This document shows positions 12,842 to 25,558 of a DNA stretch of 64,000 nt, piece after piece. The notes under the pieces are model-generated. The model was not told where the DNA came from. It made no database searches and was given only the letters and a program-made list of their open reading frames with translations. Where the stretch lies: contig ADNK01002970.1 in the NCBI GenBank assembly GCA_000320545.1, positions 1 to 64,000 on the forward strand, given 5' to 3'. Numbering within the stretch: position 1 is the stretch's first letter; each line of letters starts with the position of its first letter. The DNA comes from Bigelowiella natans CCMP2755 (lineage: Eukaryota > Protista > Cercozoa). The translations under genes were made by a program, and so were the position numbers.

Positions 12842-13664
12842 TTAATATATATATTTGTGCATATGCTAATACACAGATATCGACAAATATGCACACGTAA
12901 TGAACACAGGGAAAGAGAAAGAGAAAGAAATAGAGAAAGGAGAAGAATGTACATCTCATTGGTGTGTGCAAACAGCAGTGTATGTGAGACCTTGAATGTC
13001 CAGTATTTAGAAATGATACAATATCACACGCAATCTTCTTTCCAATTCCTCGCACAGCTATAGCCTAACGAATCAACCAACCGTTTTCTCATGAACAGAT
13101 GCACTGATTCTAGGAACAATTCGTCCTTTGATGGACACTGCTACCTGCTCAAAGGTTTGGATCCTCCGTGGGTATGCTCTGTGTTGAGTAGAGTAGTAAA
13201 GGAGCAAGAAGCAGAGGAAGACGACGAAGAAGATGAAGAAGATGAAGGAGATAAACCAGAAGAAATTGGGAAAAACATTTTCCAAAGCAAAATTGTTAGC
13301 GATCACTGCATATGAATCCGAGTAATATGTACACGCAGAGGAATCTGCACAAATATCTAAGTTTCTGGTATTTAAGAAAGCACAGTATGTAATATCATCA
13401 CCATTTTAACTGATGACTGTATATTAAATTTATCATAATTTGGGTTGATTATTTTCGTTGTATCACCTAATCGCAGCAGCCGCCCCTGCAAATGCATTTC
13501 TCTGATAGTTGTGAAAATGCAATACACTTCATGACGGTGACAAAGATTTGGAAGAGAAGTGAGAATAATCTATCCCTTAAATACTACAAAAGGTGTGCGT
13601 GCATATCAAAATATATTTATTTATCTTCTTGGCCTCTCTCTCTCTCTCCTTCTTTCTCTCTCCT

Positions 13665-13714
<50 letters not shown>

Positions 13715-16700
13715 TCTTTTCTCTCTCTCGTTATTCTCACGCATAAACAAAAACGGCGTTGCTGCGTAATTGCGAGATTGTGCTAGTTCATTCATGATGA
13801 GATGGCTTTGGTGAATCGAATACCCTTCTGATGCTACTGAAATACTTCTTAGACGTCTCTTCTAACATATCTGCTATTTTCCCGTTAAACTCTTCCACAC
13901 TTTCTTCCCCTTCTGCCTCTCCCCCTTCAAAGTCTGAAAGGGCATCACAACATTCATAAACTACATCAACATCTAGGCTATTCTGCAGCTGCCGCTTCTA
14001 GTAATATGTGCTACGTACGTGGGTCACAGCAAGAAAGAACTAAGTAAATAATAACAATGTATTCAATTTGCACTAATTATCCTAAACGTATGACCTTCTC
14101 CTCGAGATAAGGAACGTGGCAATACGTGATTATCATCATTTCGAGCTCTAAGTGCCTGTCCTTGTGAGCTACTACTGCCTTCTCGTGATGAACCCATTCC
14201 TCTCCCTATCACCATTCTGTTTGAGTCATCTGTAGTTAAATCAAAGTAGTCGTCTGCCCCCCCCCTATGCCAAGATAGAGAAGATCCCATCATCTCCCGC
14301 GTCTGGTCCAAAGAGTAAAGAGGCGAAATAGAGGTGGAGGGCAGAGATTTCGAGAGGGGGTAGGGAAAAGGGAATCGTAAAGGAGTTAGATGCAGCAGCG
14401 TTGCGACATCGTCAATGGAATACAGAGTCAAGATTTGCTGATAATATCAGCTTCGTCTATATTCCCGTAGTTGACAGTTTTACATTTATTAAATATACGA
14501 AGGGCAGTTGTCTATTCACTAGCATTTCCCCATCTTGTTGCTACCCCCCATCAACATCAACCTGCATGGATCTTGAAGGGCTACAACTATGATCTCTCTC
14601 CCTCAAACGAACAGTCCGATCTTCCAAATATAAGTACCATCAAAGTAGCAAGTATACCGCACTCAAAGGGAGGACATACGTGAAGAGCACACAATCAATA
14701 CTACTGTTAGCATTATTTGACTACTTGGAGATGAACGTTCGGTAAGGGGAGAGTTCTGTCGTAAGTCGATGTTTCTGGTAGCGGTAACAGGAGTAGTAAC
14801 ACCAGCAGCTGCACGTCTATTATTTCGCCTCTTTTTTCCTTCTTCGAGGGGCTTCAATTGAAATAAATCATAAGAATGACCTGCGCGCATTGTTTACACG
14901 GGGTGTATTATTGAATGACACAACGAGTACAAGGAGCGGAGAAGGCAGATGTTATAACTGACGATGCTTATCTTGAATTGATCTTGATATCCAGTTAACG
15001 TGGTGGCACTGGCGTTATATAAGGCAACGTCCCGGTTAGTTAACGGGACGATGATGATCAGCAGCTTGAGAAGGAATTTACACTTTCCCAATCATGAGCT
15101 CCGGTGAGTATTGACTGTAAAGATGGCTAAATAGAAGACTACATACCTCCAATCCATGCTGTCTTTTACGAATGTTTTCAATGAACCAGGAGTTGATTTT
15201 CCGCTCTTCTTGCTGTTTCTTTCGTATTCGAGTAATATTCCTACATATATACACAAACAGAGCCTGCAAGTGAAGTGACTACACAAAAGGTCTAGAAGAG
15301 AAGAAGAACAAACAGAGAAATGAATACTCTCTATTGAATGCATATTCACATCCTCCACGCAAATACAAATCTGTTCAATTCAATACTCTATTCCCCCCCC
15401 CTCGAAAGAGGAGGAATAACGTGACCTGCATGCCTCTTTGATGAGGGCCTTTTTTAGTTCTTTCTCCGATTCAAAATTGCAGGTGATGACCACAGATCGA
15501 CTTCGATGACTTTGCATCAGCTCTTTAGCGGAACGAAGAATCCTTTGCAGCGATAGACATTAATTTAACAAGGTTCATATCATTACAAATGTGAGACCAT
15601 GGCCAAGGGTGCCTATCAGTAGATTGCTAAGCATTTCGGTGTATATTCGGAGTATTGTCACGACATTTTCATCGCAATATCTTCTTTTAACTATGCTTTA
15701 AAAACGAATAAACTCAAAACACATCATACTTGGCCCCATTCAACGCAGCCCTTCTCTCCAAGATTTCTTTTCTCTCACTCCCTAGGTATCCTGTCGACAA
15801 AGACGAACAATTGAGAAAATGTATCATAACTTTGCCGTCGACACTGACAAGAATAATCGCGCAAAGGAATAGAGGATGCACCAGCAATTGCGTTAGAATC
15901 TCCCGTAGTAGTAGATAGCTGAAAAGTTAGTGCTTCCAATGATGACGATGAAGATGCTCATCGTCGGCATGCATCTTTTATGCTTCTCACCGCCAAGGCA
16001 CACGTAGAGCGCGGTAGCAGAGAAGATCAGGTAATAACTGTGTGAAAATGAACAGAAATAAGGCACGAGTTGACACGCTATTATAGCCCCACGGCTAGTA
16101 TCAAGTGTCGTACAATCCCACATCTACTTTCTAGTATTTAATTTGATCTAAAGCCATTGCTACCACATGTAATCTACTACGTTACGCACTCTATGATGAT
16201 GTCACACACGGATTGGGGTTCTATAATTCCATTTAAACATTGTAGTAATGTGCACGCTGGAGACAACAATACCGAACCCTTGTTATCAAATATAAAGAAT
16301 ATCAATAGTTAGCAAAGAATATATTAACGTTTTTAGCAGTTATGACATAAAACTTGGTTGTTCATAATATTGCAACGTCAGATAGTAGTTCTCTCTCTCT
16401 CTCTCTCCCCCCCCCTCTCTCTCCCTCTCTCCATGTGTGTATTTGTGTGCCATATGGGTATAAAGAAGAGAAATATGCACTACTAAACAATGGATGCAAC
16501 CTGATCTGACTCTGACTTCGATCTGGTCCTTCGTTTCCTTTTACTGTTTTGGTTGCTGTAACTTCTTTTCTGCAAACTAGCACCTCCACAGCTGCTCACT
16601 CTCCGAGGCACATTTCTTTCTCCATCGAAAGAATCTAACAGACACATCCATCCAATTTGAAAACGCAATCTATCGACAATAAACCATAACAAAATCAAAA

Positions 16701-18151
16701 TGGATGTTTTACTTGTCTTCTTCTTCTTTCTTCGCTCCTCAAGGAGTAAAGTAACTTTAGATAGCTTTCGCTTCAGAGGCGATGCCTTTTTGCGAAACTG
16801 CTGTGTGTTAGAAAATTTATATTTGAATGCTTTTTTATGAGACTGAATATTGAAAAAATAGTTGAATCTGAGTTGATCAAAGGGGTCTCTCAATGGATGG
16901 AGTAAAGGAGATATAAGACAACAGTTATTCAAATCTACCGTTTGACCAGCTTGGGATTTTGTTTCGAATGACGCTGATGTTCCTGATTCTTTGTTTTGGT
17001 TGCTGCGGATATGGAGGAGTGCTTCTTCTTCTTCTTCTTCCTCTTCCTCTCCCCTAAAATCACGCTGCTCAGCTGGTCTAGAAACGGCATCGTTGTCACC
17101 GTATCCGTCGATACTACCGCCAACATTCTTGTTCCCCCCTTCCTCCTCCACTCCCTCCTCCCCATCAACATCACCAGGTGCAGAAGGATCAGACACATCT
17201 GAAAGGGGGCAGCAGCAATGCTGTTCAATTTCCACTTTAAATTCCGATGGATCAACAGTCAGGCCCCCGATGTCGCTACCACCGCAGTTCTTATCAACAT
17301 CCATTTTTCTGCCGGCCATTAATTCAACAGTTTTATCACTCGATTTCGAAGAGAAAGATCCTGAGTTGTATGGCTTTCGGATGGTCCTTCGCTTCTTAGT
17401 GACATGATGTTTTTGGGTTATATCACAGCCCTTTACGTCAGAGATACAATCACTCTGATTTGGATGTATACCGGGAGATCCTAAAGGACAACGAGAAGAG
17501 CTGGGGAAAAATGAAGTGCGGGCGCTTGAAGAAGACGACATATGAGGAGATAGCTTCATAATCCGAAAACCATAACGAAGCTTTGAGCCATCAGAGGAGA
17601 CGGAGAGCCACAACGTATCGCCTGGACGTGCCTTCACTGGAACCTTCCTTTTCAGCTTGCAGGCGGTCTCGGGAGACCTACTACGTTCTTTAGAAGAGAT
17701 CGAAGAATTCCCGTCCAAGGGCTGGCAAATATTATCGACACAGGTGAAGAAGAAGACACATGGTCCATGCCTGGCTACAATTTCTAACCTGAATGTACGC
17801 TGGGACGCTTCCGAGAAGCTTTACCGTTACATATGATTCCATGGCCATGGCTTCGACATGTTTGGAGCTAAGATGGGCATCTTCACCAACCCCTTTTTTG
17901 GAAAAATAATCTGAGTACATCGCAAATTCACATCTTCAACAGCAATGTACCAAAACGTCCTCTTCCTAACACGGTCTTCTGGCCTTCCCACAGAAATTTA
18001 GTCATCGCCACCCTCCCATCGGGTGAGATCACCCCTGCAAAAGAGTAATGTAAAACATACACTTCCATATGAGGGAAAGAGTATCCTCACCCAGCCCGAA
18101 CGATGACGCCGAGACCACCGAGACCTCGGCGGTCGCCGCCTCTTTCGCCAT
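6276..18151 (-). CDS. Predicted single multi-exon gene: FHA - BRCT - family X DNA polymerase - DEDDh (ERI1-like) 3'-5' exonuclease - uncharacterised C-terminus
   Basis: The junctions linking the domains splice in phase from ATG 18151. There is no in-frame start and no room for a promoter between the polymerase and exonuclease parts. The 3' end below ~7500 is uncertain. Confidence 0.6.
7560..9654 (-). CDS. ERI1-family DEDDh 3'-5' exonuclease domain (spliced)
   Basis: Exons give YYLVMDIEATCEEG (ExoI D,E), QEIIEMSFVLLNAQTLNIDDTLQ|VYVRPTENPTLSLFCRKLTGINQAHV, FALVTDGGRD (ExoII D), YYKRWVNL and MLKHFNLQFEG|AKHSGITDARNLAR (ExoIII H,D), colinear with human ERI1. Confidence 0.9.
10176..15930 (-). CDS. 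Family X DNA polymerase (Pol lambda-like) with N-terminal BRCT
   Basis: BRCT: HPLF...GYLGSERKEILERRAALNGAK...SWFIENI. 8-kDa domain: NAFAGAAAAIR, YPRRIQTFEQV, RGIGKKIACDIVSFLNTGH. Fingers: ELFQSIHDIGP, LYKEGFRTL, ERIPRAE. Palm: GSISRGKSDSRDIDL (DxD at 11881-11889) and HRRVDVR. Thumb: HFQSGREFNRCLR, YSLSENGL, EEIFAALGLPYYPPEKR. Confidence 0.92.
17580..18151 (-). CDS. N-terminal FHA domain of PNKP/aprataxin/APLF type, followed by the low-complexity ORF 16483-17718
   Basis: Spliced reading KTVLGRGRF|GVGEDAHLSSKHVEAMAMESYVTVKLLGSVPAYIQ ... ARPGDTLWL matches the LGRG..D...SR.Q/H.....V.VKQLG.NP....L..GD.L pattern. Confidence 0.75.
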
Positions 18152-18564
18152 CCGGGCTGTGCAGCCAGTTATGTTTTAATTTCACCAAAACGGAAGCGTT
18201 TTTCATATAAACGACAGTCAAATTTGTCTAAATATCGATCACAAATCCGATGTGGGAAGCGCTTCCATAGCCTTCTCCCGAGTTGGAGTGAGGTTGTCGC
18301 AGAGTGTGTAACGTCGTACATTTCAAGTTTCAAACCTCAAAACCCTGTGTGAAAATGACGTTGAAGTCGATATCTAGATAAAAAAGCTAATTTTTGGTTA
18401 CATAGTAATTTCTAGGTTGTCGCAGGTTGGTTTCTGCCTATTTTCCCTTAATAATTTCCTCTCACGATCAGTTTGTAGTCATCAATTCCGTTCCTGTTAC
18501 ACTCTCCCCTCCCTGCTGCTCCAAACCTGAGGAAGGAAGGCTGACGAAGCAAAGCTAGTGACAT

Positions 18565-21044
18565 ATGTCAGTCATATTAGGGCTGCTACTATGGAGCTTT
18601 TCACTCAAGAATGGGTGTAGAGAGAGCTTTGGTGTTAGTGCGACATCTGTCAAAATGGACTACATGACAATGGCGATGGTGCGGACCGACCCCATCGTTA
18701 CTCCGACACCCAATACTCTGAGCAATCACCTGCACACTTTCTTCGGACCCACAGTTGCCAAGTATGGAGTTTGATTAGCAACATATATATTATCCTGGCA
18801 TAATGTGATGCTGACACATGACTGAATTGCGTGCAGATCTGACACAAGCTACGCTGATCTTCGCGCTGCGACTGGGAACACCGGAAATGTGATCGAAAAC
18901 CAGTCTTTATACTGGTATCCAACTATCTACAGGTAATTTAAGCAATATTAACGATTTTCAGATTATGAGATTCTTCACCATTTCTTTGATATTGCTACTG
19001 CTATTGCTACTACTACTACACTACTATTGTTATTACTCATTACTACCCAGATATCATCCTAGCACCCAAAAGTACACAATTGCGGATGTTTGGTTTTCAT
19101 CCGCATACTACGTGTGGACCACGGGTCAAGCTACAGCTTTTCCAGACGGCTTCAAGGTGCTGCCCTAATAATCACAGCTGAAGTGATTGTGTTTCTAAAT
19201 GAGGCCTATACTCCAACAACAGATGATTGCTGGCGGTTCTCCGCATCCTGAGAAAGCTAAGGCAGAGTGTGTAACTGCGGGATCTTGCCCCAACAACGAT
19301 TGCACTACACTCAATTCGTTCTTTCCTGCAACGTCTTGCGCCGAATTGGAGATTTCTCTACAATTCCCAGAGTGTTGGGACGGGGTACAACATCAAGTGC
19401 TTCCTGCATAATAGACCGATGTATGTAAGTGAAACGAACATATTGCATTGTTTACAGGTGAACCTTGACAGTAGCGATCATCGCTCGCATGTTGAGTATG
19501 CGAACAACGACACAGAATTGTGTCCTTCGTCTCATCCTGTGAAGGTATCGATCGATATATACACAAATATAGCTTACATTAACACATATTTGCATGCACA
19601 CACATATAAGAACATACGAAATTTCTTGATACCTTTCGATGATGATAATTACCAGATTTAATGGTAGATGTATCTCCCTTATTTGAATACATTTGAAACA
19701 TTCCCCCTTTACAATCCCCTTTACAATACATTTTGTAGATTCCAAGGATTTTTGTTTTCACGCGTCTGCGAGATTATCCGGGCGGACAGCATCTTTTTTC
19801 AGATGGAACGGGATTTTTCCATTCAGACTACTTCTCAGGGTGAGAAGTGTGTAATAGGAATAAAATAACATAGAAGTTGCGGCCACTCAACAACATCTGG
19901 CAAGAGCAAAATGATGGCACTTTATCAGCTACCAACATGTCCAGAGAATAGTTTCGAATCGCTACAAAAAACTCTTTCCATGATCATCTCATCCTACCAG
20001 TCTGACTTATATCTTATCATTAACCAATTACTAGCTGGAATGCAACCTTCCTGCAATCCGTTTTGGACACCTGCAATACGGCTTCAGAGGGACCTAACCC
20101 TGATTCCTTTTGCGAGGGTTACTTATCCTTCCGTGATGCTCCGAAGACACAGAAGGAGGATGATCAGCTAGTTGCAGGGTACTGTTGTGGTCGGTAGGAA
20201 GCTTGAGAGGCGGATGATAACTTTGAGTAATTGGGAGGTAGTGGGGTTGAAACCATGCATATCATGCTCATTATTTTACTATAAATCGCTATTCTTCTGA
20301 GTCTGTTTCCTTCTCCAATAGGCTCCAGTCTTGGCAGCCCTCTCCTCCATTCGACACAACTACCATTACTACAGAAGCTATTAACAATGTCGCGGTGCTG
20401 CCAGGAGATCCAACTGGCGTTCTGAGTAATACTGTTGCTAGTCCTATAATAGTGAGATTCGCTGTGATCAGTGCTTCTATGATTTTAGAAGTATAACTCT
20501 CTTTCGTTTCACACTTGCTCATCTTCTTTCCAATCCCTCTCTTGGGTATTGTGCAGATACGCTGTCACCGACAATCACGTTCAATCCTACAAGACAGCCC
20601 TCGAGTATGAGCCCCTCGCAATACGTTCCTCCCACTCCTAGCCCGACCGCAGCGCCAACTACGACTCAAGCAGGAGGGACTACTGGTAAAGTGCTCTTTG
20701 GCATGGAAGTAGATGTAGATGGGGCAAACGTGCTTTATAAAAAGACATGTATGACATAAAACCATTTCAGACTATGCACATTGCTTCTTCCTCGTCCTGA
20801 AACTCTTCTCCTCCTCTATGAACCAAATACAGCAGGCGCGTCACTCCTGGGAATGCCGCTAGTTGCAGGAGCTGTAGTCTTGGTACTAGCTATTAGTGTT
20901 CCTATTGGCTTGGGGTACCTTGCTGTCAAGTACTTCTGCTTCTCATCAGCTCCAGCGATGAACTTCAAACCACCGACTGACGCAGTGGAGTTAGTGTCTG
21001 ATGATGTAGCTGTTAGTGGTGGAGGGGAAAGCTTCGTAGTCTAA
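18565..21044 (+). CDS. DUF1996-domain protein with N-terminal signal peptide and C-terminal transmembrane helix
   Basis: Exons give RTDPIV...HLHTFFG, NQSLYWYPTIY, FPDGFK|MIAG, LQFPECWDG|VNLDSSDHRSHV, CPSSHPVK|IPRIF and FHSDYFSG|WN; Pro/Thr-rich stalk, then LVAGAVVLVLAISVPIGLGYLAV. Confidence 0.85.
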
Positions 21045-22029
21045 CAATAAAGTGTAAAGAACATATCTTCGGGTGCGAGAAAACATCTACCCATATGGAA
21101 CCCTTGAACGAGTCATACGTCATTTAGTCATGAGTCAAATGGTGAGATATAACTGATGTTGCATCACCTGGTGTTGGTTAGAAAGATGAGTGCCAAACAC
21201 GGTTTTTGCAGCTGCGCCTCACAGTGGGGTTCACTCGCTACATTGCAACATGCGTCATCTGCTGCGCGCAATTTAACATTCAATCAAATGGCTCATTTTC
21301 GTGCATTTTGTTTCGATTTCGTAAGCACAGCCCTAACGTCTCATATGTGCCCGCGGATAGAGACACATCTAGAAATCTAGCTAGCTAGACGCGCAATCAA
21401 TAAGAACACAATAGCTAGATAGCACACATCACTTGCTACCGAATACATGCCGGGCACTGAGAGCTCTGACTTTTAGGATATGATCGACATGTAGCTACGT
21501 CAATTAGAGGTGACTCCATGCAGTTACTTCTTCCATGCTGTGTATATGTCTAGATGTACTGAAAGTGCGTGTGTCTAACATCCTCTGAGTCGCCTTAGTT
21601 ATCTTTTTTAATACATATAAGTGCAGGCGTCTAATGCAAAGCCAGCATTTCAACGCAGCTAGCTAAATCGATATCGGATTTCCCCATTTTGTCATATGTG
21701 GCCAAGGCGCATTCTAAGTAGTGCCACGTAGTGATCAGATGGTGGAAAATTCGCTGCACATTCCTGCATTTTCCCTAAGTTATCCCCAATCTCTACTTCC
21801 AGCCGTTTAAATCTGTGAAAGGAAAGACAATCAGCATACTTATGTGCTTTGAAATGTGTCTATTAATCGATTAAAAAATCGCTTTCTCTTAATTATAGTA
21901 TCTTTATTCGCTACTACGACACTCAGACAAGATACTGTTTTGACGTCGACATATTAAATCCGCATTCTATCTCGTTTCCACACTCTCACCTTATTTGGTT
22001 TATATTTTATTATCTTTTAGATAATATGA

Positions 22030-24615
22030 TCATAGTAGTATCAGCAGCAGCAGCAGCATTAGTAGTAGCAGTAGTAGTAGTAGTAGTAGCCTCTTGTCAT
22101 AGTTTATAAGTAGGTACCGCTTCGGGTTTGTTCCTTTAAGACGAGAACTTGCTACCTTTAAACAAGCTTCCAGTACTGCTGCACAAGTGAAACCATGGTG
22201 CAAGGACTTGCTATCATCATTCTTTTCAGTATCTGTTTCTTTGTCGTCTTGTTTTCCAAGAAAATTCCAAATAAACTCCCACATCAGAGGGTATTTAGCA
22301 GACTTCCCAGGCTTCTCTGTATGTCGTTGCTTGCATTCGGTCGCCCAATTTGTAATTTGCTTCGGATTTTTACTGTTGTTTTTGTTTCTTTGATCTTCGC
22401 AGTTGATCTCCTCTCTGCACGGTATGGCATTTGCCTTGATTTCACGACGTTCAGTGGTACCAGCACGAGATAGACATATATCAATGATTTGATCATGGAT
22501 TTCGTCAATTTGTAGAAGGAAAGATGCGTATAAGAGCTGCCATCAATAATAAGAAGAATATCAATAAAAAAACAAGGAAGGAGGAGAGAAAGGTAGAGAG
22601 AAATGGAGACGCTACAAACATAAAAGTAACTGGGAATACATTTGATGATGGTGAATTACATAATGGCGACAATGCGCTGTATACTTTCATGCCTGGTAGG
22701 TACTGTTACATCTAAAGAAGGACAGCAATACTCTAGAACAATATCTCATCAGCGTTGAGAACTATATGGTAGTGACAATACCAGCAGTGGCAATAACAGA
22801 AAGTAGTATCGAAGTAGTGTTGTTCTCTTTCATTTCTTATAAATTTTCATCAAACAATCACCTTGATGTAAACAACGACAAAATGCTTACTGTTTACCTT
22901 AATTTGTTCAAATGGCATGCTTTTGGACACTCGGGGGGCATATCGGGCCCCTTTTGAAATCGGCAACCTTTGATGGAAGACCACGAACAACAAAGGCAAG
23001 ATTTGCGGAACAACCGCACACAGCTCCCTCATGACGGCAGAGACTGGTTCGATGTTCTTGAAGTTTTGGTATAAACTGCGCGATTTGGAGGAGTCAACCA
23101 GGCACTTTGCGGTAAATAGCATTGCGGATAGCACAAACTCATTGGGAAGAAGCGTCCTTCCAATAGCGAATACTTGCAACATTTGAGCAAGTTGTAATGC
23201 TACTGCTTTGGGCTTCTTTCTTGTAGATATTTGATTGATTGTCCTAGTATTGATCCAATCACATATTCAAAAATAGAAAGGTACTGCTGAAACCGATGAG
23301 GTACAGCCGAGTGTAAAGGCGTCATCTTGCAGCAGCAGAGTATCCTCTATACCACTATCAGCATGCATCTATTCACATCACCGCCAACGACAACTCCTCT
23401 CCTAACATACTACCTGCGGATTTTAGAGCGCAACTGCACACTGGTTAATGATGATTCCTGTTTGTGCTGAGCGGCTCTCTCTGTTTTCAGCTTGATCGCA
23501 TCAATCAATTTTGACACAGCCATTGACCACATAACAAGATTTGTTAGGGGAAATGGCACCGAAGGGGAGATGAATAGGCTTCGTAGACGTTCCTGAATGT
23601 CTTTGATTCCAAATACCCTATACTGGAATCCTGATGATAACATTATCATCATTTCTCCATCATACTTTGTTGTCACCCTAGCATCATTTGTTCGCTGTCA
23701 TCGAATTACGCTATTACCTTCGACGTGGAAATCGTAGAAAAATTGCACAAGTTTACTTCTCTTTTTTTCTTTATTTGCTGTTGGCATCTCCTTCAATTCT
23801 GATTGCTTTTGCTCTGTATTGATTTCGAAATATGATTTGGGCTGTCGAGGATGTTGGTTTTTCTGATGTTGGTCTTCATGTTCGTTTTCGTTCTTCGTCT
23901 TCTTCTTCTTCTTCTTTGAGGTAACTTTCATAATGCAGGGAGGGAGGGGCGTCTGAGGAGAAGCTGCTTTGAAGTTCACTGAGGAATCATTATCATCACA
24001 ATGTTTTTTTCTGTTGGCAGCAGGAAGCTCAGTGGGCTTGATGGTAGTTGGATTTGGAGAAGAAGAAGGCATAAGTTGCAAATTGACTTGCCTATTATTT
24101 TGCATGTTTTTTTGGTATTTGTGTGTCTTGTTACTTTTACAGATTGAATTGTTCAAAGTGCATAAATCTTCTATATTTTCTGTGATCTTCGAGGCCTCTC
24201 CATGACACAAAAGACGTATTCCCTTGTAGAATTTAATGGCTATATTTTTTCTGCTTTTGACCTGAGAATGTTTATCTAGTGTAAACATTTACTTTGCACA
24301 GGTAAATAAACATGTGCATATCAAGAGTGATGAGCAACATTCACCATGTAATAACAATTTTCCTGTAGTGTTGTTTCTCCATCTATAAGATGCATCGTTA
24401 CATGGCAGAACTCCCAGGATATATTGCTGTCTGGACGGATGATATCCAAAAAATGCTGATGAGACTCTTTTTCATTGTCTGGTGTGCTGGCATTATTAAT
24501 CCCTTTCTCTCTTTTTGGCACCGCCTTTGGATGGATATGAAATAAATGGAACCATTCAACACATGTATGGCAACACTTCCTTCAACAGCAAAATAAATTT
24601 ACATGTTCATAGCAC
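22030..24615 (-). CDS. Multi-exon gene of unknown function (ends approximate)
   Basis: A series of same-strand, non-repetitive ORF segments (24321-24521, 23698-24288, 23410-23676, 22850-23182, 22030-22480) with plausible splice sites. No domain recognised. Confidence 0.5.
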
Positions 24616-24717
24616 GTTTTGCCGGATAAATGTATCAATTGATCGAATTTGTGTTTTGTTACAACGTCAAATTCTTTCTTTTTCTTCTTTTTTTTTTCGG
24701 GTTTTACGCAAGGTTTC

Positions 24718-24786
24718 GTGAGGTCAATGACGTCGTCTCTCGTGAGATCAATGACGTCGTCTCTTGTGAGATAGATGACATCTCTT
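24718..24786. promoter_or_regulatory. Three tandem ~24-bp units, two with a CRE-like TGACGTC core, upstream of the unknown minus-strand gene
   Basis: gtgaggtcaatgacgtcgtctctc / gtgagatcaatgacgtcgtctctt / gtgagatagatgacatctctt. The repeat is certain; a regulatory role is inferred from position. Confidence 0.4.
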
Positions 24787-24949
24787 GGATTTGAAGGGTG
24801 AGTGATCTGAATTCATACCGAGAAGTAGTTAAGCAACTATTGATATTCTAACAGTGTACACGTTCATATTTCCTTATGGCGCCTTTTACAACACCTAATA
24901 TGCTTCCTGAAACAACCCACAATGTACGAAATAAATATAATCTTATTAC

Positions 24950-25519
24950 CAATTGAGACTCAAAATCTATGGGGCCAATGACAAAAAAGCCTTTCTTTCC
25001 AACGAGAGAGCTTACATCTATGACTTTCGCCTTTCCTCCCCAACCATGGACATCATTATCCCCCCACGATGTTTTTCCTTATATGTAGGGGGGAGGAGTA
25101 GAATATCAACATCATTGTTATCGTCATCGTCACCATCATCATCATCAATCTCATTTTCATTATAGTTTCGTGATTATACAAACCTTTTGGATATACAATC
25201 CCCGTTGGAGAGATCATATATATTGCTCGAAACTTATTCGTATATCTGTTGGCAAAAGGGGGATGAGGTGATGCATTAAACATTGAAAATATTGATGATC
25301 TTTCAACAATAGTTTGAAGATAACAAAATGGCATCAAAACAATAGATACTAATGGTGACAGAAGGCATGTATAGATGTCGATTAGGAAGATTATTTAAGA
25401 AAAGACATTTGATGATGATAATATTTTTCATCCTTATTTGTGGTTACTGAGATCATTATAATTCTGAATCTTTATATTTTTTACCGTCACTATGACAAGC
25501 AATTCGCGACATGTCATAG

Positions 25520-25558
<39 letters not shown>

